A stretch of 24,281 nt of DNA from a virus (lineage: Duplodnaviria; Heunggongvirae; Uroviricota; Caudoviricetes). Position 1 is the stretch's first letter, and each line of letters starts with the position of its first letter. Where the stretch lies: IMG/VR virus record IMGVR_UViG_3300030029_000205; one strand, 5' to 3'. Positions 17,744-24,281 of the stretch are shown piece after piece. The position numbers were made by a program, and so were the translations under genes. The notes under the pieces are model-generated. The model was not told the origin of the DNA. It searched no databases and saw only the letters and a list, made by a program, of their open reading frames with translations.

Positions 17744-18289
17744 ATGTCAGAAATGGTCGAACTGAAGAAAGGTACTGCTTATTCAAAGATAGTAAGTATT
17801 GCTATGAAATTTGATAACAGGTTTTCAGATTGCTTTGTAGATGCCCCTATGCGAGTAGCGATTTCAACAGAATCGGGGGTAAATGATGAAGTTAATATTA
17901 AACTCTTAGCATCTACTATTGACGGTAATTTTGTATCATATGATATGTACTACAATACAAATAATGGCGAGTTATTTATGACTAATAAAACTATGAAACG
18001 AGCTTTCAACGATAGTATATCAAGGATAGATAACGCTACAAAGGCTATCAAGATGTTTTTGGTAGATTTGAATAATGCAGATATACCTTATGCAGTAAAT
18101 AAAGTTATGCTTGATTTAAATGTACTTAACTATAACAAAGTTAAGATAGGTGAATCAAAAGTAGAAGAAGGTAGCATTGTAATGCATATTTGTACATACA
18201 ATGACCAGGTAAAAGAAGATTTTGGTATTTGTGATGCTAAAAATGTAGTAGGTGACGATGCTATTGGCAGAGAGCTCATAAACTTCTAA
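17744..18289 (+). CDS. Hypothetical protein (181 aa)
   Basis: GGAGGA RBS at 17731-17736. Co-oriented and tightly packed. No recognisable motif. Confidence 0.75.
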   Translation: MSEMVELKKGTAYSKIVSIAMKFDNRFSDCFVDAPMRVAISTESGVNDEVNIKLLASTIDGNFVSYDMYYNTNNGELFMTNKTMKRAFNDSISRIDNATKAIKMFLVDLNNADIPYAVNKVMLDLNVLNYNKVKIGESKVEEGSIVMHICTYNDQVKEDFGICDAKNVVGDDAIGRELINF

Positions 18290-18308
18290 TTATTAGGGAG
18301 GTATCAGT

Positions 18309-18557
18309 ATGAGTGATGTTATGGCATATCTTGCCGAGACCTATAAGATATGGATAGGGGTAATATCAGGGGTATTTATAGCTACATATATACTGATAAG
18401 TGTATTAGGATTAGTTAAAAGATATAAGTACTTTAAAGATGTACCATTAGCAGGGGTATTTCCTCTTTACCATATAAGATATTTATTTAGTAAAGGCAGA
18501 AAAGCCAAAGAGGATAAAATAGCAATGTCTAAGGAAGTAATAGAAGATATGTTTTGA
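18309..18557 (+). CDS. Small membrane protein
   Basis: GGGAGGT RBS. Hydrophobic helix IWIGVISGVFIATYILISVLGLV, then LAGVFPLYHIRYLF. Confidence 0.72.
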   Translation: MSDVMAYLAETYKIWIGVISGVFIATYILISVLGLVKRYKYFKDVPLAGVFPLYHIRYLFSKGRKAKEDKIAMSKEVIEDMF

Positions 18558-18612
18558 TTTTAAGAATATATACTTCCTGTGATGTAGCTGTTAGATTTGT
18601 ATTTTATGTATG

Positions 18613-18720
18613 TATTTTAAACGGGGCGAAAAGGCTCTTTTAAAATATAATTTAATCGAATCTTTTTAAGAATTCAAAACCGAAACTTATTAAGAAACCG
18701 AAAAACTTAGTTAAAGGAGA
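18613..18720 (+). promoter_or_regulatory. Structured leader of the gp32-like SSB gene (hairpin plus A-rich direct repeats before the RBS)
   Basis: TATTTTAAA(18613-18621)/TTTAAAATA(18639-18647) with inner GGGGC/GCTCT stem and GAAAAG loop. AAACCGAAA repeats at 18677 and 18695. RBS AAGGAG at 18714-18719. Confidence 0.4.
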
Positions 18721-18727
18721 AAAAACG

Positions 18728-19792
18728 ATGTTAAAGAAACCAATTCCGATTAAATTATCTCAGGAGGCTAATGACTCAGTTCAGAAGCAGTTAGGTGTGC
18801 AGGTAGTTATGAAGTCTGCTCCGAAGTCAACAGACCCTAAACACTTTCCTGTGTTTGAGGTTCAGCCAGGTAAGAAGGTACTTGTGTATGTACCAAACCA
18901 TGTAGTTGAGGGCGAAGATGGACCCGAACTCCGTATGGATAAACCACTTATTCATACTGTTCTCGATGGTAAGAGGTATCTCTCTTACCGTTGTATTCAG
19001 GGACTTACCCTCGAGGAAGATGGTAAAGTTATTTTTGATGGTACTTGTCCTCTTTGTGATGGTACAAGCGAACCTTGGGATTTAGCCAACATTCACATCA
19101 AGAATAAGTGCACCAAACTTGGTGTTGACCCTGAGGACAAGGATAACGAGACAGTAAAAGCTATTCGTTCAGCTGAGTTCTCAGCAAGGGTACTTAAGGA
19201 AGCTAATCGCTTTTTCACATTCCCTATCGTAGTTATTGCTACGAAGAATGATGATGGTAAGACTATTCTCTATGATGAGAATAAAAAGCCAATGCTCCAG
19301 ACAATGTGGTATCATGTTTCTGAAAAGCAGTATGTAGATAAGTGGCTCTCTTGCTTTGAAGAGATGGAGGATGAACCTACTCATCCAGGTGGTCACTTCT
19401 TTACATTATCATTTACATATGATACGAAGGGTAAAGACCCCAACAAGAGAGATGCAGCTCGTAATCTGAAGGTAATTTCAAGAAATTACAATGGTTCAGA
19501 GAAGCTCAGACTTCTTCTTGATAAGTCAACTGAAGAGTGGACTCCTGAAAAGGCTCGTGAAACTGTAGTTTCAAACCAGATGTACAGTATTGATGACCTC
19601 AGAGTTGTCGCTGATGAAGTGCTTGCTCCTGTTAAGGATATGCTTGCTCTTATGGAAGCATCTGAAATGGGTGCATCTATTGAAGGCAGTAATGAAAACT
19701 TTAATCTTAAGGCTCCTGAAAAGAAAGCCCTTGAAGGTACTGTACCTCAGATGGATGAAACAGATGAAGATGAAGGTATCGACATCGACTAA
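18728..19792 (+). CDS. T4 gp32-like zinc-binding single-stranded DNA-binding protein
   Basis: H76-x12-C89-x17-C107-x2-C110, compared with T4 gp32 H64-x12-C77-x9-C87-x2-C90. Acidic C-terminal tail MDETDEDEGIDID. 354 aa, with its own terminator, inside a replication cluster. Confidence 0.75.
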   Translation: MLKKPIPIKLSQEANDSVQKQLGVQVVMKSAPKSTDPKHFPVFEVQPGKKVLVYVPNHVVEGEDGPELRMDKPLIHTVLDGKRYLSYRCIQGLTLEEDGKVIFDGTCPLCDGTSEPWDLANIHIKNKCTKLGVDPEDKDNETVKAIRSAEFSARVLKEANRFFTFPIVVIATKNDDGKTILYDENKKPMLQTMWYHVSEKQYVDKWLSCFEEMEDEPTHPGGHFFTLSFTYDTKGKDPNKRDAARNLKVISRNYNGSEKLRLLLDKSTEEWTPEKARETVVSNQMYSIDDLRVVADEVLAPVKDMLALMEASEMGASIEGSNENFNLKAPEKKALEGTVPQMDETDEDEGIDID

Positions 19793-19806
19793 TTAAGTAT
19801 TATAGG

Positions 19807-19842
19807 GTGGGCATAGGGTATAAATTCTATGCCCACTTTTTT
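19807..19842 (+). terminator. Rho-independent terminator after the SSB gene
   Basis: Perfect 10-bp stem GTGGGCATAG(19807-19816)/CTATGCCCAC(19827-19836), followed by TTTTTT. Confidence 0.9.
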
Positions 19843-19871
19843 ATTATAAACAGCAAAGAGGGGAAGTAGTT

Positions 19872-21014
19872 ATGTATAGTAAGATTACTAATATTGAAGT
19901 AACTAACTTTATGGTATATTCTCATGCAAAAATCAGTTTTGACAAGAAGGGTATTATAAATATAAAAGGATATAATAGCGGTGGTAAGTCTACAATGCTG
20001 AAAGCTATTGCAGTATGTCTTATGAATATGTACCCGAAGGCACAGACAAAGTTTATTCGTCACGGTGAAAAGTATTTCAGAATTGCAGTAAACTTTGATG
20101 ATGGTATTACTATTATCAGAGATAAATATATTACAGGTCAGTCTTTATACGAGGTTTATGAAGACGGAGCATGTATCTTTACCACCAAAGAGGGTAATAG
20201 ACTTACTAAGGTAGATAATATTCCAAAGGTTGTAGAAGATTATCTTGGTTTATGTGTTGTAAGTACTGGCTGTTTAAACTACCAGGTGAGACAGGATAAA
20301 CTGTGGTTAATCGAAACAACGGGTAGTGAGAACTATAATAGCCTTAACGAAATTTTAAAGACAGAAGAGCTTTCAAGAGCTAATGCCTTGTTAAACAGTG
20401 ATAAGAATGAAGTAAATGCAGGTATTGCAAATACTGAAGCAAGGCTACAGGAAACTAACTTATCTCTTCACGAATTAAACAGCTACACTGATGATTTACT
20501 CTCAGCTTTAGAGAATAGAGAGATGCTCTGTAAGGGATTGGTATCAAAATACAAAGAATTGAAAGATATTACTACTCTTATAGAGGAGTTAAATTCATTA
20601 TCTAATATCCCTGAGGTATCTAAAATTGATATGAATAGATATTCGGGTATTTCAAGTATTGATGATACAGTAAAAGAAATTAAGGGTATTAGCTCATTGC
20701 CTGTATGTGAGAAGGTAAATGCAAAGAGAGTTACAAGTATCGATGCTCTTATGTCAACAATAAATACCCTAAAGGGTATGGACTTACCTTTACCAGAGGT
20801 AGACATTTTAGATACAGCTAAAGAAGATGGTTTAGTGGGAATAGTGTCTTTGCTTTCAGAAATCAAGGAGTGTTCTGTAGAAATCAAAGACATCAAGGCT
20901 AAGCAAACTAAGGTGTCTGCTAAACTTGATAAAACTGTAAAAGAAGCCGAGAAGCAGGGTATAAAGTTTGTAAAGTGTGATAACTGTGGTTCTTACATAG
21001 AGGTGTTATCCTGA
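19872..21014 (+). CDS. sbcC: SbcC/Rad50/gp46-like ATPase, N-terminal half only (Walker A, coiled coil, terminal CxxC zinc hook)
   Basis: ITNIEVTNFMVY, Walker A GYNSGGKST (33-41), FIRHG, Q-loop-like YQVRQD, coiled coil, and CDNC (369-372) just before the stop. No signature motif or Walker B. Adjacent to SbcD. Confidence 0.75.
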   Translation: MYSKITNIEVTNFMVYSHAKISFDKKGIINIKGYNSGGKSTMLKAIAVCLMNMYPKAQTKFIRHGEKYFRIAVNFDDGITIIRDKYITGQSLYEVYEDGACIFTTKEGNRLTKVDNIPKVVEDYLGLCVVSTGCLNYQVRQDKLWLIETTGSENYNSLNEILKTEELSRANALLNSDKNEVNAGIANTEARLQETNLSLHELNSYTDDLLSALENREMLCKGLVSKYKELKDITTLIEELNSLSNIPEVSKIDMNRYSGISSIDDTVKEIKGISSLPVCEKVNAKRVTSIDALMSTINTLKGMDLPLPEVDILDTAKEDGLVGIVSLLSEIKECSVEIKDIKAKQTKVSAKLDKTVKEAEKQGIKFVKCDNCGSYIEVLS

Positions 21015-21122
21015 TATGTTAAATATTAGCAAGTTGTAGTAGATTTGTTTAAATGTGAGAAAGTTTATAACGAACTCGGTTTATAGGGTAGCTTATTTAT
21101 AGCAGGGAGAGTGATTTAAACT

Positions 21123-22169
21123 ATGAGGCTGAAAAGCTGTGATATACGAGGAAAGGTTTTAGTATTCGGTGATTTACACTTAAGCTCAAGCTTTAGTGGA
21201 CAGCATAAAAATTACCAGTATGAGTGCTACTACAATATGGAAAGAATTATGGACTTGGTAGCTAAAGAGAAAGCCGATGCTGTAATTTTTCTCGGAGATT
21301 TGGTCGGGGTAAATGAAAAAAATATTAAAGACCGCCAGTTCTTAATGCGTACTCAGAACTTTTTCAAGGTATTAAATCAGGTTACAAAGGAAAATGTATA
21401 TTCAGTAAAGGGTAATCACGATATTGGTGATTTTACTGATTTTGATTTCTTGGAAGGGTTAGGGTATATTAAAAATCCTGAGTATCTTAATTACTATGGT
21501 AGAAAGCCAGGAGCTAATAAAGATGATGGTCTTGAGATTAGATTTCATCTTGTAAACTATGGTGATGAGCATAAAACCTTAAACCTTACTGAAGATACTA
21601 ATATTTGTACTAACATTGTATTAGGTCATTCAGACTTCTTTATAGAAGGGGTAACGAATTGGTATTCAGCAGGTAATGGTGTTGAATTGGCTCTGCTGAA
21701 TAACTTTAAGGGTGTTCCATTTGTATTTAGCGGTCATATCCATATACCAAGTGATGAGATTTTATACACAAATCTTAGAGATGGTTCTTCTATTGGATTA
21801 TTTTACTTAGGAAGTCCATCAAGGGTAGCTGATAGGTATGATGATTGTTGGTATCTTACTTTTGAATATTCTAAGTCTGAGGATGGAGAATATTCAACAG
21901 CTTATGATTCCAAGTTTATGGGCTTGGAACCAGCTGATAAAGTATTCTTTCCTAAAGAAGAATTTGTTGATGATGATAGTGAGGAAGCTGATAGAGCAAA
22001 TGAGTCAGCTAAACTTACTGATATCGTTAAGGAGATTATGGATGGAAGAATTATGTCTGGTGACTTAAATCATCAGATTGATATAATCCCAGGGGTACGA
22101 CCTGAGGTTAAAGCAATAGCTAAGGATTATCTTGAAAAAGCATCTAATATAGGAGGTAGTTTAAAATGA
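21123..22169 (+). CDS. sbcD: SbcD/Mre11/gp47-like metallophosphoesterase nuclease
   Basis: All five calcineurin-like motifs: GDLH, LGD, GNHD, LGH, SGHIH, plus GSP.R. Follows the SbcC-like gene. Confidence 0.85.
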   Translation: MRLKSCDIRGKVLVFGDLHLSSSFSGQHKNYQYECYYNMERIMDLVAKEKADAVIFLGDLVGVNEKNIKDRQFLMRTQNFFKVLNQVTKENVYSVKGNHDIGDFTDFDFLEGLGYIKNPEYLNYYGRKPGANKDDGLEIRFHLVNYGDEHKTLNLTEDTNICTNIVLGHSDFFIEGVTNWYSAGNGVELALLNNFKGVPFVFSGHIHIPSDEILYTNLRDGSSIGLFYLGSPSRVADRYDDCWYLTFEYSKSEDGEYSTAYDSKFMGLEPADKVFFPKEEFVDDDSEEADRANESAKLTDIVKEIMDGRIMSGDLNHQIDIIPGVRPEVKAIAKDYLEKASNIGGSLK

Positions 22170-22828
22170 ATGCAAATGAAATCAAGGTTTTAAATGATAA
22201 AATCGAGAGGATTCAGGTACAGCGTACTAAGGCTGAAACAAAGCGTGAGGTACTTATGTCAAGACTGGAGTCTGAAATCTCTAAGTATGAAAAAGAATAT
22301 GGAGTATCTCTCAAGGGAGATACACTTAAGGATACTATTAAAGCTATCTCTGTAGAACAGAAGAAAGTATCCAAGGGTATCGAAGAAGAGTACAATCTCA
22401 AATCAAAAGTTGTAAGTGCTATTGAGAGTGGTAATATCGAAGAGGCTAATACCCTGTTGGGTATAGAGACTCCCATCAATGACTTTGATGTTGAAGATAT
22501 TGAAGATACCGAAGATTTAGATGAAGTATCTCCAGTTGAAGATGCTACTAAAGATGTCCCTGAAGAAGATGACAATTTTGGTATCGACGAAGATGAGTTT
22601 AGCCTTGAGGATGACGATACAGAAGATGAAGATGTTTTCGGTTTAAGTGAGGCTGAAGAAGAATCATCTGAGAAAGTAAAAACTCCTATTGGTTCATCAG
22701 TAGATGATACTGTTAAGGAGCTTGACAATGATGACGATGATGAAGATATTTATTCAGGTCTTGACAATGTTGACTTCGATGATTTTGGTTTCGGTAGTAT
22801 TTTAAACGGTACTGAACTTGATGTATAA
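22166..22828 (+). CDS. Hypothetical protein with N-terminal coiled coil and very acidic disordered C-terminus
   Basis: GGAGGT RBS and ATGA overlap with the sbcD stop. Heptad-like first ~95 aa. About 50 D/E in the last ~115 aa (hand count). Confidence 0.8.
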   Translation: MNANEIKVLNDKIERIQVQRTKAETKREVLMSRLESEISKYEKEYGVSLKGDTLKDTIKAISVEQKKVSKGIEEEYNLKSKVVSAIESGNIEEANTLLGIETPINDFDVEDIEDTEDLDEVSPVEDATKDVPEEDDNFGIDEDEFSLEDDDTEDEDVFGLSEAEEESSEKVKTPIGSSVDDTVKELDNDDDDEDIYSGLDNVDFDDFGFGSILNGTELDV

Positions 22829-22845
22829 GGAGAGGTAGTAAGGTT

Positions 22846-23997
22846 ATGAGAATTAAGGTTGATTTTACTGAGTTTACCTCAGTACTTGGGTATATTCAGA
22901 CAATTCTGTCTGATAAGTCTGTAGAAGACAAGATTAAGAATGTAATCTTTCTTGTAAAAGACGGGGTAGTAACTATGGTAGGTTACAACCAGGTTACATT
23001 TAGTAGAACTACCCTTGAAAAAGCAGAAGTCTATGATGTTCCTGAAGAAGGTTGGGAGTTTCAGATTAAAGCTAATGACTTGAATAAGATTACTTCCGCT
23101 TATTCAACTTTGTTTAAAACTAAGGTAGAAGAGGTCGATATCGAAGACGACAATGTTCGTACTAAGATTACGGTTCACGAAATTCCTATTGATGCTGAAA
23201 AGGATGCTAAGTTAGCTCAGGATAGTGTTTTTGAGGTAGAAAATGCTCCTATTTTAGCAAAGATTTTATCTGATGTTAAAACAGAATTCCCAGAGAACTA
23301 TTCATCAATTCCATCTTCTGATTTACTTCTTTATATCGGAAGTTTGTTACCGCTGATGAATAATGATAGTTCTAATTCTACTGCAAGTAAGCTTAATTTT
23401 GCTGAAGATTATGTATTTACTCTTAATAGTAGTTGTTCTGCTTTCTTTCAGAACAAGTTATCTGATGAATTTAAGGGTATTACCCTAGGATACTCATCAG
23501 TCAGCTTTTTAAAGAAGTTATCTGAGGGTACTGATTTTGTATCAGTAGCCAGAGAAAAGGTTTACTTGTGTATTGAGAGTGGTAACACTCAGGCATTTAT
23601 GAGGTATAAACCTATTAAAATTAACTATAAGACCTATGTACAGAGAAAGTCAAAAGAAAAGGGTATCGTAGTAGACAGACTTTATCTTAAAGATGTACTC
23701 AAGAGAATGGGTAGTATTTCTACTGATGGTAAGATGCTTATTGAGAGCTCAGAAAATCTTACGGTTATGAATGAAGTATTCCAGCAGGAAGTTCCTCTTG
23801 AGAGATGCAAAGATGGTACAGTAGGTATTAACTTTAAAATCTCAATTCCTATCTTGTCATCGCTTATTTTGGGTAGTGATGATGTATTTGCTCCTGAGTT
23901 ATTTATATATCTTGTAGAAACCTCGAGAAGTTATATTCTGTATATTCAGGATAAGTCAGGTAGTTGGTTTGCGAGTACGCAGGCATCAAAGGTATAG
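22846..23997 (+). CDS. dnaN: DNA polymerase III beta sliding clamp-like protein (divergent)
   Basis: 383 aa. The N-terminus MRIKVDFTEFTSVLGYIQTIL...IKNVIFLVKDGVVTMVGYN parallels DnaN domain 1. NYKTYV and VDRLYLKDVLKRM parallel the domain-3 start. Replication-cluster context. GGAGAGG RBS. Confidence 0.7.
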   Translation: MRIKVDFTEFTSVLGYIQTILSDKSVEDKIKNVIFLVKDGVVTMVGYNQVTFSRTTLEKAEVYDVPEEGWEFQIKANDLNKITSAYSTLFKTKVEEVDIEDDNVRTKITVHEIPIDAEKDAKLAQDSVFEVENAPILAKILSDVKTEFPENYSSIPSSDLLLYIGSLLPLMNNDSSNSTASKLNFAEDYVFTLNSSCSAFFQNKLSDEFKGITLGYSSVSFLKKLSEGTDFVSVAREKVYLCIESGNTQAFMRYKPIKINYKTYVQRKSKEKGIVVDRLYLKDVLKRMGSISTDGKMLIESSENLTVMNEVFQQEVPLERCKDGTVGINFKISIPILSSLILGSDDVFAPELFIYLVETSRSYILYIQDKSGSWFASTQASKV

Positions 23998-24001
23998 TAT
24001 T

Positions 24002-24281
24002 ATGACAAGGGAAATAAGAAGTCCTTATGAGGGTACTAACGCATATGGAGTTTTCAGGAAAATTGTAAATGGTTTTCCTGAAAACTATTCTCTTTATACC
24101 CTGTACAGGGTAGGTAATAATTGGTACTGGATGAACAGTAAAGGTTATTTACATGTTTTAAAGGTAGAAGTGGAGGTAGCAGTAACTGACAGAAGGTTGT
24201 TCAGAATAGAAGATTGCTACATATCTAAGCTTAATATTATAGTAAATAAAGGGTGTTTGATTAATGGTTTGTACTATAGAG
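24002..24281 (+). CDS. Partial hypothetical protein running off the window end
   Basis: ATG 4 nt after the clamp stop. Open for 93 codons (MTREIRSPYEGTNAYGVFRK...GLYYR). Not in the supplied ORF track because no stop is reached. Confidence 0.55.
   Translation, partial: MTREIRSPYEGTNAYGVFRKIVNGFPENYSLYTLYRVGNNWYWMNSKGYLHVLKVEVEVAVTDRRLFRIEDCYISKLNIIVNKGCLINGLYYR
24049..24112. repeat. Two adjacent perfect inverted repeats
   Basis: AGTTTTCAGGAAAA(24049-24062)/TTTTCCTGAAAACT(24073-24086) is a 14-bp perfect stem with a 10-nt loop. TACCCTGTACAGGGTA (24097-24112) is a perfect 16-bp palindrome. Confidence 0.8.

Larger units (their letters stand above)
1..24281 (+). mobile_element. Segment of a probable jumbo phage or giant plasmid-like extrachromosomal element of a Bacillota host
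   Basis: Genes are unidirectional and densely packed. Divergent replication genes (gp32-like SSB, core-only primase, half SbcC, SbcD, clamp, RecD2) are clustered with orphan ORFs and lack chromosomal synteny (no dnaA/recF/gyrB beside dnaN, no rpoD beside dnaG). No element ends, integrase or capsid genes are seen. Confidence 0.6.

Noticed and set aside
12136..22068. Alternative-frame + strand ORFs 12136-12372, 19590-19796 and 21838-22068
   Set aside because: Nested out of frame in yhaM, the SSB gene and sbcD. Met/Leu-rich shadows of GAT/GAA-rich codons, without a convincing RBS.
2767..22728. Minus-strand ORFs in the track (2767-2973, 8032-8214, 11676-11864, 13351-13557, 16251-16451, 16710-16988, 19181-19396, 19827-20063, 20483-20896, 22213-22728)
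   Set aside because: All lie antisense to well-supported + strand genes. Their Ser/Leu/Ile/Phe-rich composition is the expected shadow of acidic or Lys-rich sense codons, and they show no motifs.
1..24281. Alternative genetic code (TAG or TGA reassignment), as in some gut jumbo phages
   Set aside because: Long genes are uninterrupted in code 11. TAA, TAG and TGA all end genes, and readthrough at 11528, 21014 and 23997 hits another stop within a few codons.
1..24281. CRISPR array, tRNA/rRNA, IS element, integrase or DGR
   Set aside because: No regularly spaced repeats, cloverleaf, transposase, recombinase or reverse transcriptase motifs, and no near-identical TR/VR pair seen by eye. The spacers are too short for an array.

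Overview
Low-GC window (roughly one third G+C by eye) from a Bacillota/Clostridia-type element. All credible genes are on the + strand. There are two modules. (1) 221-10301 is a three-gene sortase-assembled pilus operon: a 2531-aa LPKTG adhesin (compact subtilase S8 domain, six CnaB/SpaA isopeptide-type domains, five HxDxxDxxQ Thr-Gln ester-bond domains), a backbone pilin (TPKTG) and a class C sortase, closed by an intrinsic terminator. (2) 10397-24281 is a phage/megaplasmid-like replication-recombination cluster: a frameshifted P-loop gene, YhaM-like OB-HD nuclease, RecD2-like helicase, core-only DnaG primase, T4 gp32-like Zn-binding SSB, an N-half-only SbcC/Rad50 ending at its zinc hook, SbcD/Mre11, a very acidic coiled-coil protein, a DnaN-like clamp and several orphan ORFs. 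The best reading is a jumbo phage or giant extrachromosomal element that carries its own replisome and a protease-tipped pilus for its host. The pentamer GGGTA is strongly over-represented throughout. No virion, integrase or conjugation genes are visible, so the element type cannot be settled from this window. All family calls come from motif recognition, not database searches.
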